Shown: positions 19,814 through 29,591, counted from the stretch's first letter. The stretch is DNA of 64,000 nt from an uncultured candidatus Porisulfidus sp. (GCA_965199755.1 CBDASZ010000001.1:737509-801508); one strand, 5' to 3'. A program made the numbers and translations. Notes: generated from the sequence alone by a model not told the origin.

Positions 19814-20902
19814 ATGCCCGGTGCGCCTCAAACCCTGCCTCTGGGTTCGCTGATTGTTGATTTTGAAGGGACGGCTTTGCAGCCGGAAGACTGCGAGGTT
19901 TTGTGCCATCCGCTAGTCGGCGGTGTCATTCTGTTCACACGAAACTTTGAGGCCGTGGCGCAGGTCGTGGAATTGAATGAGCAGATTCGCGCCTTGCGCA
20001 GTCCGCACCTCGCCATCAGCGTTGATCAGGAAGGCGGGCGAGTGCAGCGTTTCAAGGACGGTTTCACGCCACTGCCGGCGGCTGCGAGTTTTGGCAAGAG
20101 TTATCGCCAGGTTGAGGATGCGCAACGGCAGCAAGCCTATGATGCGTGCAAGACCTCAGGTTGGCTGATGGCGGCGGAATTACGCGCGGTCGGTGTGGAT
20201 TTGTCATACGCTCCGGTAGTGGATCTGGACTGGGGCGCAAGCGAGGTCATCGGCACGCGCTCATTTCATCGCAGCCCTTACGCTGTCAATGATCTGGCCT
20301 CGCAATATATCGCCGGCATGCACCAGGCTGGCATGAAGTCAGTACTCAAGCATTTTCCCGGTCACGGATATGTGCGTGCGGACTCCCACCTCAGTCTGCC
20401 GGAAGATACGCGCAGTTTCACGGAAATCTACGGTGAGGATATGATTCCGTTTGAGCACCTCGGTCAAATGTATAAAGAGGGCTTGATGACGGCGCACATT
20501 GTGTTCTCGCAAGTGGATGACAGCCCGGTTACGTTTTCGCATCGCTGGCTGCAGCATGTATTGCGGGATCAACTGGCTTTTGAGGGAGTGGTGTTCAGTG
20601 ACGATCTCAATATGGAGGCAGCCCGAAGTTATGGTTCCGCGGCGGAGCGGGCGCAAATGGCTTTTCAGGCCGGCTGCGATGTGGCGTTGTTGTGTAATAA
20701 TCGTCCGGAAGTTATTGAGGTGCTGGATCAGATGGGTGGCTATCGCAACCCGGTGGGGAGTGCCCGACTGTCACGAATGCGAGGCTCTCCAGTGAACCAG
20801 ACCCTTGAGGAACTCCGCGCTTCGGAAGCGTGGCAAAAAGCGCATGACACTGTACTTCGCTATGTCGATGAAGCCATTCGAGAGCCGGAACTCGACCTGT
20901 AG
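19814..20902 (+). CDS. nagZ: Beta-N-acetylhexosaminidase NagZ (GH3).
   Basis: 'HPLVGGVILFTRNF' matches the E. coli NagZ N-terminus. 'KHFPGHG' is a GH3 motif. Confidence 0.9.
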   Translation: MPGAPQTLPLGSLIVDFEGTALQPEDCEVLCHPLVGGVILFTRNFEAVAQVVELNEQIRALRSPHLAISVDQEGGRVQRFKDGFTPLPAAASFGKSYRQVEDAQRQQAYDACKTSGWLMAAELRAVGVDLSYAPVVDLDWGASEVIGTRSFHRSPYAVNDLASQYIAGMHQAGMKSVLKHFPGHGYVRADSHLSLPEDTRSFTEIYGEDMIPFEHLGQMYKEGLMTAHIVFSQVDDSPVTFSHRWLQHVLRDQLAFEGVVFSDDLNMEAARSYGSAAERAQMAFQAGCDVALLCNNRPEVIEVLDQMGGYRNPVGSARLSRMRGSPVNQTLEELRASEAWQKAHDTVLRYVDEAIREPELDL

Positions 20903-20936
20903 GCCGGGTTGATTATCACTGGGAGTAACACGACTT

Positions 20937-22037
20937 ATGGACTTTTCCATCATTCTTGCTGAAATGATCGACTGGGTCAACACGGCCTCGGTCACGTTGG
21001 GTGCCGAAACTCTGCTGAAACTGATTCTGGTCGGGCTTGGCATGCTGGTGGCTTTTTATGTATGGCACCGTGTGCTGGTACTTCTGCAGCGCAGCGCCAA
21101 ATGGACTTCGGGGGTCGTCGACGATGCGTTGCTGCAGGCGATTAATCGCCCGGTGCGGGTGCTGATCTGGTTTGTCGGCCTGTACCTGGTAGCCAGAATT
21201 TTTGCGCTGGAGTATCTTCAGCCACTGGTGGATAGGCGCTTTGTGCAGTCCGGCATTATTTTGCTGGCCGGCTGGTTCCTGATAGGGCTGATCCGCCATT
21301 ACATTCGTATGCGCTGTGATGCCGCGCGCCATCAAGATTCGGACATTGATGTCGATCTGTATCAGGCCGCTTCGCGTGTGCTGCAGGCCGCGATCATTGT
21401 GCTGCTGGGCATCTTTTTGCTGCAGACTTTTGATGTCAGCGTCACTGGGATTTTGACCTTTGGTGGTGTCGGCGGCCTGATTGTCGGCTTCGCGGCCAAG
21501 GATATGCTGGAGAACTTTTTCGGTGGGCTGATGCTGCACATGGACCGACCATTCAAGACTGGCGACTGGATCCGCTCACCGGACCGAAACATTGAAGGGA
21601 CAGTAGAGCGCATCGGCTGGCGTCAGACCCTGATTCGCACCCATTCAAAAAACGCCATGTATATCCCCAACGGGATGTTTCTGACCATCGTCATTGAAAA
21701 CCCCGGACGCATGTCGCACCGCATGATTAAAGTGGTGATCGGCTTGCGCTATGAAGATATGGGCCGGATGCGTGCTGTAGTGGATGATGTGCAGAAGCAT
21801 CTGGAGAGTTCAGGGGATTTCGATAAACAAATGCCATGCCTGGTGCGCTTCAATGCCTTCAATGATTCATCGATTGACTTTTTCGTGCAGTGCTATACCC
21901 GCGAGGTTCACCGCCCACAGTACACCATCATCAAACAGAACCTGCTGTATGCCATCGCTGATATCGTCGCCAGCCATGGCGCGGATATAGCGTTCCCTAC
22001 CCGGACCGTTCACCTGGAGTCGGATACTCCCGAATAA
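20937..22037 (+). CDS. Mechanosensitive ion channel, MscS family.
   Basis: An N-terminal multi-TM region is followed by the MscS beta-domain 'GDWIRSPDRNIEGTVERIGWRQTLIRT'. Confidence 0.85.
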   Translation: MDFSIILAEMIDWVNTASVTLGAETLLKLILVGLGMLVAFYVWHRVLVLLQRSAKWTSGVVDDALLQAINRPVRVLIWFVGLYLVARIFALEYLQPLVDRRFVQSGIILLAGWFLIGLIRHYIRMRCDAARHQDSDIDVDLYQAASRVLQAAIIVLLGIFLLQTFDVSVTGILTFGGVGGLIVGFAAKDMLENFFGGLMLHMDRPFKTGDWIRSPDRNIEGTVERIGWRQTLIRTHSKNAMYIPNGMFLTIVIENPGRMSHRMIKVVIGLRYEDMGRMRAVVDDVQKHLESSGDFDKQMPCLVRFNAFNDSSIDFFVQCYTREVHRPQYTIIKQNLLYAIADIVASHGADIAFPTRTVHLESDTPE

Positions 22038-22040
22038 CAG

Positions 22041-22748
22041 TTAGCGGCCTTCGGCTTCTCCGTTGTCTTCTTCTTCGGGCGGCTCTTCAATTTCAGTCAC
22101 TCTGGCGAGGATGCCCAGATAAGGGTGATCCATGTAATTGAGTTGACCGGAGCGCAATTTGCGCAGCGTGCGTAACGCCATGCCTTGCGGGAAGCCTGCC
22201 TCTTCAGCACCGGCTTCTTCAATGGAAGGAGCTTCCGGCAGATAATTCATCTCGATATCCAGTTGCAAGAACTGTTCATGCGACAGCGTGATCAGACCAT
22301 CGAGAAGGCCCGACTGATTGTCGGCGGTGAGGGTGGCATTACTGAGTCGTACGGCACGAGAGTTTTTTGGATCCTGAGCTGGCTGCTGCCATGCAATGTG
22401 ATGTAGCACCTGATAGCCGGCGTCCTCCTCCAGATTCAGGCGCTCGGCGATCATCGGCTCGCTCAGTTCGTTCAGGCGCAGATACCCGCTGAGACAAGCT
22501 GCCACGTCTTCTTCAGTGCTGAAGATGATGTGCTGGTTTTTGGTGAAGCCGAGGGGTTGACAGGAATAGCGCCCGAAGTCGACAGAATCGGAAGTGTCGA
22601 TGGGAACGATCGGGGCGTACAGATCGGCCGCCTGCGCTTGCGCGTCAGGTTGCACAAAGACAATGATTTCGACGCGATATAACTCGCTGGCCCAGACGGG
22701 AGCCGGCAGGGTGAAAGCCGCAATCAGAAGCAGGAGGCGTGCGTTCAT
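22041..22748 (-). CDS. Secreted protein, probably CsiV family (peptidoglycan-associated; often next to mfd).
   Basis: It has the signal peptide 'MNARLLLLIAAFTLPAPVWA' and an acidic C-terminus. The family assignment is from memory. Confidence 0.5.
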   Translation of the reverse strand: MNARLLLLIAAFTLPAPVWASELYRVEIIVFVQPDAQAQAADLYAPIVPIDTSDSVDFGRYSCQPLGFTKNQHIIFSTEEDVAACLSGYLRLNELSEPMIAERLNLEEDAGYQVLHHIAWQQPAQDPKNSRAVRLSNATLTADNQSGLLDGLITLSHEQFLQLDIEMNYLPEAPSIEEAGAEEAGFPQGMALRTLRKLRSGQLNYMDHPYLGILARVTEIEEPPEEEDNGEAEGR

Positions 22749-22799
22749 GGGCAGTCTTCAACAGGGTGAGTATCAGGCGTGCGCATTGTAGCCGTCCGT

Positions 22800-25700
22800 T
22801 CAATCCGCTAATTCCGCCATGGTTTCACGAAGCGCGGTGAGGCGGTCCTCCGGCTGTGGCATTTCCCAGGTAAGGTGCAGCCGCATTTGTGGGTCCAGCC
22901 GATACATTTCCGGTGCCTTGCCGACCAGTTCCAGAATACGATCCGGGTCAGGTCCGGGATCGTTGAAACTGATGCGCCCTCCATGCTCGGTGAATTCAAC
23001 TTTGCGCAACAGGCCGGTGGCAGTGATTTCCTGCTTGACCCGCGTAATGCGGAACAGGTTTTGGGTGGCATCAGGCAATACGCCAAAACGATCGACCATC
23101 TCGACGCACAACTCATCAAGTTGTTCCCCGGAGTTGGCGCTGGCAATGCGCTTGTATAAGGTGAGGCGCAGATGAATGTCCGGCAGGTAGTCATCCGGGA
23201 TCAGAGCGGGCAGTCCCAATGAAATTTGCGGGCCATGTTCTAGAGGCTGATCCAGTTGTGGCAACGCGCCTTGCTTGAGGGTCTCCACTGCGCGTTTCAG
23301 CAGTCGGTGGTACAGCGCGAAACCGACCTGGTGGATCTGTCCGCTTTGTTCTTCGCCAAGCAATTCGCCCGCCCCGCGAATCTCAAGATCCTGAGTCGCC
23401 AGCATGAATCCGGAGCCCAATTCTTCCATGGATTCGATTGCTTCAATACGGCGGCGGGCATTCGCCTTCAGTGTGCTGATCGGCGGAGTGATCAGGTAGG
23501 CGTAGGCCAGATGATGGGAGCGCCCGACTCGGCCGCGCAACTGATGCAGTTGCTGCAAGCCCAAGTGCTGGGCCTGATCGATAATGATGGTGTTGGCGGT
23601 GGGAATGTCCAGTCCGCTTTCAATGATGGTGGTGCAAACCAGAATGCTGAATCGCTGGCGATAAAAATCGCGCATCACAACTTCCAGTTCGCGTTCGCGC
23701 ATCTGCCCGTGCGCAATGCGGACTTCGGCTGCGGGAATCAAGCGCCGAATAGTCGCCGCCATTTGTTCAATGGAATCGACGTGGTTATGCAGCACATAAA
23801 TCTGTCCGCCGCGCTTGAGTTCGCGCATGCACGCATCGACTACCTGCTGGTCATTCCATTGCGTCACGTAGGTTTTGATGGCGTGGCGATGGGCCGGTGC
23901 GGTCGCGATGATGGATAAATCACGCAGTCCCGATAGCGACATGTTCAGGGTTCTCGGAATAGGCGTCGCGGTCAGGGTCAGCAGGTTGGTTTGCGCGCGC
24001 AGCGCCTTGAGTTTTTCCTTATGCCGCACGCCGAAGCGCTGCTCCTCATCGATGATGATCAGACCCAGATTGTGAAAGCGCACGGTGTCCTGAAGCAGAC
24101 TGTGTGTGCCGATGATGATGTCGAGTTGTCCTGATGCCAGCTTTTCCAATACGGCGCGTTGCTCACTGCGGTTCTTGAATCGGGAGAGGGAATCAATCTT
24201 GACCGGCCAGCCGGCGAAGCGGTCCTGGAAGGTTTTGTGATGCTGCTGGGCGAGCAGCGTGGTGGGAGTCAGCACCGCGACCTGAAAACCTGCGAACGCG
24301 GCGACAAACGTAGCACGCATGCCCACCTCGGTTTTGCCAAAACCAACATCGCCGCACACGATGCGATCCATGGGTGTATCAGCAAGCAAGCCTTCCAGTA
24401 CTTCCGTGATGGCTTGGGTTTGATCGGGGGTCTCCTCGAAGGCAAAGTCCGCGGCAAAGCGTGAGTAATCTGCGGGCAGGGTTAGAGCGCAATCGGACTG
24501 CGCCGCTCGCCGTGCTTGTACTTCCAGCATTTCCGCCGCAATGTCGTGAGCGCGTTCGGCTGCTTTGCGACGGATACGTTTCCATTGTTCGCCGCCGAGT
24601 GAATGCAGCGGAGCGTTCTCCGGGTCCACGCCGCTGTAGCGGGATATTCGGTGCAGCTCCGTGACAGGAACGTAAAGACAATCGGTGCCGGCATACTGGA
24701 TGAATAAAAACTCATGCGGAACCCCATCGACGTCAAGTTTCTTCAATCCCTGATAGCGTCCCACACCGTAATCCTCATGCACGATGGGGGCATCAATCTG
24801 CAGGTTGGACAGTTCGGCCAGAAGCGCCTTGAAACTTTTGGCGCTGCGGTTGCGGCTTTGTTGCGGCGGGCGCTGATGTGGGAACAGGTGCCTCTCAGGG
24901 ATGATGGCAAGTTGCGCCTCCGGCAACTCAAAGCCTTCCTCCAGATCCGCCACGGTCAGTGCCATCGACTCTGATGCGTCGCAAAAGGCATCCCAGCTTT
25001 TGACTTCACGCGGCTGCAGGCCAAGCCCCGCCAGACGTTCCTGCAGCTGTTCGCGACGGCCGGGGGATTGTGCCGTGAACAGAATCCGGTCAGGGGTGTT
25101 CTTCAGGAAGCGCCGCAAGGCTTGAGCAGGTTGCTTGTTTTCCGGGCGCACACGAAGTTCCGGCAAGGCGCGTGTCGGGTAGTTGAAGCTTTGTCGGGAC
25201 GGGTGCTGCTCCAACTCCAGTCGCCCCAACTCCAGACAGGAGAAATGTGAGATCGCGTCATCCCATTCCTGTTCGTCCAGATACAGCGACGTGCAAGGCA
25301 AGGGCGGGCGCTCCAGATCCGTGCACCGGGACTGATAACGTAGGTGTGCGTCTTCGCGCACGCGCTTAAGTGCTCCGTCAATACCATCCAAAGACAGAAT
25401 CAGAGTATCTTCGGGAAGGTAGTCAAACAGGCACGCAGTGCTGTCGAAGAATAACGGCAGGTAGTATTCGATGCCGGAGGGGACTATCCCGTCACTGATG
25501 TTGCAGTAGATCAGGCTATGCGTCGGGTCTTGCTCGAAGGCTTGGCGGAAGTTGTGGCGGAACCGATCAATGGCTTCTTGCGTGAGCGGAAACTCGCGCC
25601 CCGGCAGAACCGTCACCTGCGACAGGCGTCCCTCGGAGATCTGCCGTTCGACGTCGAACGGACGAATGGATTCGAGTTCGTTGTCGAAGAAATCCATCCG

Positions 25701-26246
25701 GCACGGCTGTGTTGCGCCCATCGGAAAGAGATCAACGACCGCGCCGCGTACCGCATACTCACCAGGTGCCATGACGGGTGAGCAGGCTTGGTATCCGGCG
25801 TGGGTGAGATTCTGGCGCAGTTGCTCAATCTCCAGACGCCTCCCGACGGAGAAGTGCAGCGCATGCTCGCGCACGTAAGATTCAGGACACAGGCGCTGGA
25901 AGGCTGTGGGTGCGGCGGCGATCAGCAACTCATTGCCAAAATCCGTCTGTAGCCGGTTGAGAATATCCAGCCGCTGTGAAATAATCTCGCTGTGCGGAGA
26001 ACTCAGATCGTAGGGGAGGGTCTCCCAATCCGGGAACAGCAGCGGTGGGTGCGCGGAGCCACAGAAAAACTCATACTCCGAGGCGAGGCGCTGCTGGCTC
26101 GCGATGTCGGGGGTCAGCAACAGCAGCGGCCGGCCGCTCTGCGCGACCATTTCTGATATTGCCAGAGCAAGTGAGGAGCCGTACAACTGGCCGCACTTGT
26201 GAGGCAGTCCCGATTGCGGGATTGACGGCGCAGAAAGCAAACTCAT
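22800..26246 (-). CDS. mfd: Transcription-repair coupling factor Mfd.
   Basis: 1148 aa with UvrB-homology, RNAP-interaction and SF2 helicase domains ('GDVGFGKTEV', 'IIDEEQRFG', 'QLRGRVGR') and a TRCF C-terminus. Confidence 0.95.
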   Translation of the reverse strand: MSLLSAPSIPQSGLPHKCGQLYGSSLALAISEMVAQSGRPLLLLTPDIASQQRLASEYEFFCGSAHPPLLFPDWETLPYDLSSPHSEIISQRLDILNRLQTDFGNELLIAAAPTAFQRLCPESYVREHALHFSVGRRLEIEQLRQNLTHAGYQACSPVMAPGEYAVRGAVVDLFPMGATQPCRMDFFDNELESIRPFDVERQISEGRLSQVTVLPGREFPLTQEAIDRFRHNFRQAFEQDPTHSLIYCNISDGIVPSGIEYYLPLFFDSTACLFDYLPEDTLILSLDGIDGALKRVREDAHLRYQSRCTDLERPPLPCTSLYLDEQEWDDAISHFSCLELGRLELEQHPSRQSFNYPTRALPELRVRPENKQPAQALRRFLKNTPDRILFTAQSPGRREQLQERLAGLGLQPREVKSWDAFCDASESMALTVADLEEGFELPEAQLAIIPERHLFPHQRPPQQSRNRSAKSFKALLAELSNLQIDAPIVHEDYGVGRYQGLKKLDVDGVPHEFLFIQYAGTDCLYVPVTELHRISRYSGVDPENAPLHSLGGEQWKRIRRKAAERAHDIAAEMLEVQARRAAQSDCALTLPADYSRFAADFAFEETPDQTQAITEVLEGLLADTPMDRIVCGDVGFGKTEVGMRATFVAAFAGFQVAVLTPTTLLAQQHHKTFQDRFAGWPVKIDSLSRFKNRSEQRAVLEKLASGQLDIIIGTHSLLQDTVRFHNLGLIIIDEEQRFGVRHKEKLKALRAQTNLLTLTATPIPRTLNMSLSGLRDLSIIATAPAHRHAIKTYVTQWNDQQVVDACMRELKRGGQIYVLHNHVDSIEQMAATIRRLIPAAEVRIAHGQMRERELEVVMRDFYRQRFSILVCTTIIESGLDIPTANTIIIDQAQHLGLQQLHQLRGRVGRSHHLAYAYLITPPISTLKANARRRIEAIESMEELGSGFMLATQDLEIRGAGELLGEEQSGQIHQVGFALYHRLLKRAVETLKQGALPQLDQPLEHGPQISLGLPALIPDDYLPDIHLRLTLYKRIASANSGEQLDELCVEMVDRFGVLPDATQNLFRITRVKQEITATGLLRKVEFTEHGGRISFNDPGPDPDRILELVGKAPEMYRLDPQMRLHLTWEMPQPEDRLTALRETMAELAD

Positions 26247-26311
26247 GGGACTGAAAAAGCGGGGGTCGGGGCCCCCGCTCTAGTTTAGGTTGGCGGGTGC
26301 CCGCCGAGGGG

Positions 26312-27598
26312 TTACGCGAACATATCGGCGACGATGTTGTTGTACCAGCTGTATGCATACTGTACTTCGCGCTTGAGCATCTCGTCAGAGGCATCCGTCG
26401 GCGTTAGGCCGCCGGCCACCTTGTCGATTTTGCTCTTGTCCGCATTGAGGCGGTAGACCGCGGCGACCGAGATACCGTAGTCCGGCGCGATCAGGCTGTA
26501 GCACGTGTTGACGTAGGATGGCGTGCCTGGTTCGGCCTCGGCCAGCAGGGCGACCACTGCTGCGGCGCAGACTTTGGCCTCCGAGTTCGCGGCGTAGCCG
26601 GATTTCGGCAAGCCGGTGGCGATGCTGGCATCACCGACCACATGTACGCCCGGCACCAGTGTCGACTCGAAGGTGTCCAAGTGAATGGGACACCAGCCGG
26701 ACTCATCGGTCAGGCCGGCCGCTTGCGCGATTTTGCCGGCGCTTTGCGGCGGGATGATGTTGATCACCGCACCTTCGTGAGTATCATCAAACTGCGTGGT
26801 CACGGTCATGGCTCCGGTATCAACCTCGGCAATGCCGCCGGCGGTTTCAGCGCCTGGCACCCACTGGATCATGCCGTCATAGCGTCGCTCCCAGCCTTGC
26901 GTGAACAGTCCCATCTTGGAGAACTTGTCCTTGGCGTCGAGCACCAGAATCTTGGATTTGGGCTTGTGTTCGCTGAAGTAATGCGCAACCTGACAGATCC
27001 GCTCATAAGGTCCGGGGGGACAGCGGAACGGATTGCCCGGCGGGCAGATGATAAAGGTGCCGCCTTCGTCCATCGCTTCGAGTTGCGAGCGTAGCAGGGC
27101 GGTTTGCGGTCCGGCCTTCCAGGCATGCGGCATGACTTCGGCCGCGGCTTCGTCATAGCCTTCAATGGCATCATATTTCAGGTCAATGCCGGGGCTGACG
27201 ATCAGACGATCGTAGGCATGGCTGCCGCCGTCGTCGGTGCTCACCGTGCGTGCGTCGGTGTCGACGCCGGTGGCCGTCGCGTGCACCACCTTGATGCCGT
27301 GTGCGGCCAAGCCCTCGTAACCATGGCGAATGGTCTCGATGTTGCGCCCGCCACCAATGACTTCATTGCTCATGAAGCAGGTGTAGTGGTGCGTGTTGGC
27401 TTCGATCAGCGTGACGTTGATGCTGCTGTCAGCCATCTTCACGGATTTGGCGGCTACCGCGCCGCCGGCACCACCGCCGATGACGACGACATTCTTGTTG
27501 CCGCCCAAAGCGATGTGTGGGAAACCGGCCCCCAGTGCGCCGATGGCGGCTGCGCCGCTGGTGGCTTTGAGGAATCCGCGTCGGGTCAATGTAGTCAT
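26312..27598 (-). CDS. fccB: Flavocytochrome c sulfide dehydrogenase, flavoprotein subunit.
   Basis: Tat signal '[21 protein letters not shown]' and FAD motif '[15 protein letters not shown]'. It is co-oriented downstream of the dihaem cytochrome subunit. Confidence 0.85.
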   Translation of the reverse strand: MTTLTRRGFLKATSGAAAIGALGAGFPHIALGGNKNVVVIGGGAGGAVAAKSVKMADSSINVTLIEANTHHYTCFMSNEVIGGGRNIETIRHGYEGLAAHGIKVVHATATGVDTDARTVSTDDGGSHAYDRLIVSPGIDLKYDAIEGYDEAAAEVMPHAWKAGPQTALLRSQLEAMDEGGTFIICPPGNPFRCPPGPYERICQVAHYFSEHKPKSKILVLDAKDKFSKMGLFTQGWERRYDGMIQWVPGAETAGGIAEVDTGAMTVTTQFDDTHEGAVINIIPPQSAGKIAQAAGLTDESGWCPIHLDTFESTLVPGVHVVGDASIATGLPKSGYAANSEAKVCAAAVVALLAEAEPGTPSYVNTCYSLIAPDYGISVAAVYRLNADKSKIDKVAGGLTPTDASDEMLKREVQYAYSWYNNIVADMFA

Positions 27599-27617
27599 GA
27601 TGAGGGTTCCTCCGCGC

Positions 27618-28310
27618 TTACTGTTGGCTGGCGTAATAGTGGATGAGGTCGGTCAGACCGTCCTCACCCGTGGTTTCGTGGACGTCCTTGAGTCGGGACC
27701 TCATTTTCTTGGGCATGCCGCGCGTGCCGCTATGGAAGTCGGCCAGCGAATATTGCAAATAAGGCACCCACTGTCCGGCCAGTGGCACCATGTCATCCAG
27801 TGTGGAGCGGCCGCCGTCTTCATGGCACTTTTCGCAATTATCGGCGTGCAAGGCTTCACCGGAACTGACGCGGTCGGCATCGAACTCCTGGGTTGCCGCC
27901 ACCATGCTCATACCAGCGAAGTAATCGGCCATGGCTTTGATCTCATCGAGCGTGTAGCCGCCGGCGATGCGTCCCATGATGGTGCCCTGGCGTTGAAAGA
28001 TACTGACGTCTTCCAGTGTGGCGTCGCCGTCGACAATCGCTTCGGCTGCATCCAGATCTGCGGCGTGCTTGTAGGAAAGCATGGCTCCGATGAAGTAAGT
28101 GGCTGGCAGGCCTGCTAGCGAGGGGGTAGCCGGGCCGATGCTGTTGCCGCTTGGGCCATGACAGGCGACACAGGCTCCGGTCAGCATGGACACCGATGCC
28201 ATAGGTGCGGTGTCTTCCGCATGCAGCATGGGTGAACATACAAGTGCGGCGGCCAACGTAAGACGGGCGAAAAATTGCAGTTGCATCAGTCCCTCCTGAT
28301 TGGGGTACAT
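27618..28310 (-). CDS. fccA: Flavocytochrome c sulfide dehydrogenase, dihaem cytochrome c subunit.
   Basis: Signal peptide; two CxxCH motifs ('CVACHG' and 'CEKCHEDGG'). Confidence 0.8.
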   Translation of the reverse strand: MYPNQEGLMQLQFFARLTLAAALVCSPMLHAEDTAPMASVSMLTGACVACHGPSGNSIGPATPSLAGLPATYFIGAMLSYKHAADLDAAEAIVDGDATLEDVSIFQRQGTIMGRIAGGYTLDEIKAMADYFAGMSMVAATQEFDADRVSSGEALHADNCEKCHEDGGRSTLDDMVPLAGQWVPYLQYSLADFHSGTRGMPKKMRSRLKDVHETTGEDGLTDLIHYYASQQ

Positions 28311-28463
28311 CGGGCAGACCGTCCATTATCCAGTCTGCTTAACGTCTTTGCCCGTATTCTAACACGTGCCTAAGGGCTGAGGGACACGTGCGCAACTCGA
28401 CGATGTGGCACAATAGAACAGCGTTTGCAGAGGGTCTGACCGTGTGCGTTCAGGCCGCGTGAA

Positions 28464-28539
28464 GCGGGAATAGCTCAGTTGGTAGAGCGTAACCTTGCCA
28501 AGGTTAAGGTCGCCGGTTCGAACCCGGTTTCCCGCTCCA
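28464..28539 (+). tRNA. tRNA-Gly (anticodon GCC).
   Basis: 'gcgggaatagctcagttggtagagc...ccttGCCaagg...ggttcgaacccgg-tttcccgc-t-cca' is near-identical to E. coli glyW. Confidence 0.92.
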
Positions 28540-28556
28540 AACGCGAGCGACTCCCT

Positions 28557-28630
28557 GGCTGAGTGGCAGAGTGGTTATGCAGCGGCCTGCAAAGCCGTGG
28601 ACGCCGGTTCGATTCCGACCTCAGCCTCCA
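28557..28630 (+). tRNA. tRNA-Cys (anticodon GCA).
   Basis: 'ggctgagtggcagagtggttatgcagcggcctGCAaagccg...ggttcgattccgacctcagcc-t-cca'. Confidence 0.9.
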
Positions 28631-28638
28631 TTTGGGAC

Positions 28639-28788
28639 TTATAGCAGGGTGACGCAGTTAGCTAGGTCGTCATCAGCCAACGCCCCGATGATCGTCCAGC
28701 AGCCGTCCCAATCTCTGGGTTCAATGTCCCTTAAAAGCCCAGTCAGGGTTGCATCCAGTTCTGTCATGCGTGGTGCTAGTTCAGTCAT
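28639..28788 (-). CDS. Small ORF (49 aa, 'MTELAPRMTELDATLTG...') in the insertion between tRNA-Cys and tRNA-Leu; hypothetical.
   Basis: The SD 'caGGAGaagaaa' lies directly upstream of the ATG on the minus strand. No family was recognised. A 10-aa 'MTELELRYPE' mini-ORF lies just upstream. Confidence 0.25.
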   Translation of the reverse strand: MTELAPRMTELDATLTGLLRDIEPRDWDGCWTIIGALADDDLANCVTLL

Positions 28789-28925
28789 TTTCTTCTCCTG
28801 GGCTTGCGCCCGTGTTGGCGGCTGCGTCACTCCGGATAACGTAGTTCCAGCTCAGTCATCAGGCGAGCCTGGGCGGCACCGGCTGCAGGCGCGCGCGTGA
28901 GTCAGAGTGGTCAGGCTTCGGCTAT

Positions 28926-29030
28926 CTAAGGTGCCTTTCGGACGAATACCTTTGCCTGATACTTGAACTGATTGCCGACAGGTGAGACGAATACCTTTAT
29001 GTCGTCGGAAATTTTATAGACCTCTTTCAT
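28926..29030 (-). CDS. Small ORF (34 aa, 'MKEVYKISDDIKVFVSPVGNQFKYQAKVFVRKAP'); hypothetical.
   Basis: The SD 'GGAGAttaatc' precedes the ATG. It contains an internal 'KVFV' repeat, mirrored by a 15-nt direct DNA repeat. The region is low-GC. Confidence 0.25.
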   Translation of the reverse strand: MKEVYKISDDIKVFVSPVGNQFKYQAKVFVRKAP

Positions 29031-29273
29031 GATTAATCTCCATGAGCCATTCATGGCCCTAGCATAACACCCCGAAGTATCACCAAGCGACACTCAGAAT
29101 CTGCTATCGGATGGTCTGTAAGATCCTTATCAATCGGGAATGAGAAGAAACTTTCGGGTGAAATTTGCAGGAAAGAGTCTGTCAATTTCCCTATATAAGT
29201 TTCCTCCATTTCTCCGTCGTATGCTTACTGAAACAAGTGTGAGATACGGCAGTGTCATACAATACGCCGCAGT

Positions 29274-29576
29274 GCGGGCGTGGCGAAATTGGTAGACGCA
29301 ACGGACTTGAAAATTTGAGTGCTCCGTGGGAAACCGCGGATGCAGAACCGCTCAAATTCGGGGAACCCTGAAATATGGCAATCCCGAGCCAAGCTCCGCT
29401 CTATTTGAGTGGAGAAGGTGTAGAGACTAGACGGGCGGCACCTAAGGTCAAGGCTAAGGTGAAGGGATAGTCCGGACCACAAACCGGATCCTGATCCGGG
29501 CGGCGCAAGCCGTAGTTGGTGTGAAAATCCGTAGGGCGAATAGCCCGTGGGGGTTCAAGTCCCTCCGCCCGCACCA
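29274..29576 (+). tRNA. tRNA-Leu (anticodon UAA) interrupted by a group I intron. Exon 1 is 29274-29308 and exon 2 is 29524-29576, giving an 88-nt mature tRNA.
   Basis: The acceptor 'gcgggcg' pairs with 'cgcccgc', followed by 'a-cca'. There is a D-arm, and an anticodon stem 'acgga'/'tccgt' with loop 'c-t-t | a-a-a-a' split after U34. It has the long variable arm 'agggcgaatagcccgt' and the T-arm 'gggggttcaagtccctc'. The gly-cys-leu(UAA) context matches E. coli glyW-cysT-leuZ. Confidence 0.85.
29309..29523 (+). ncRNA. Group I self-splicing intron (IC3-like) inserted between U34 and A35 of tRNA-Leu(UAA).
   Basis: The 5' splice site follows a U. P1 forms as exon 'actt' with intron 'gagt', giving the U-G wobble. 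P2 is 'ccgtgg-GAAA-ccgcgg', with a GNRA loop. The core 'gaaggtgtagagactagacgg..cacctaaggtcaaggctaaggtgaagggatagtccgg' matches the conserved R/S (P7/P3/P8-P9) elements of the Azoarcus and cyanobacterial tRNA group I ribozymes. It is also similar in 'caaattcgg..tatggcaa..cgagccaagct'. It ends in omega-G ('gtgtg'). Confidence 0.85.
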
Positions 29577-29591
29577 CCTATCTCTTTGGAG

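Noticed and set aside
28571-28900. 109-aa plus-strand ORF.
   Set aside because: It begins inside tRNA-Cys and runs through the low-GC spacer; it has no SD and no coding periodicity.
29255-29482. 75-aa minus-strand ORF from the six-frame track.
   Set aside because: It lies entirely over tRNA-Leu exon 1 and the group I intron core. Structured-RNA explanations account for the sequence, and there is no SD.
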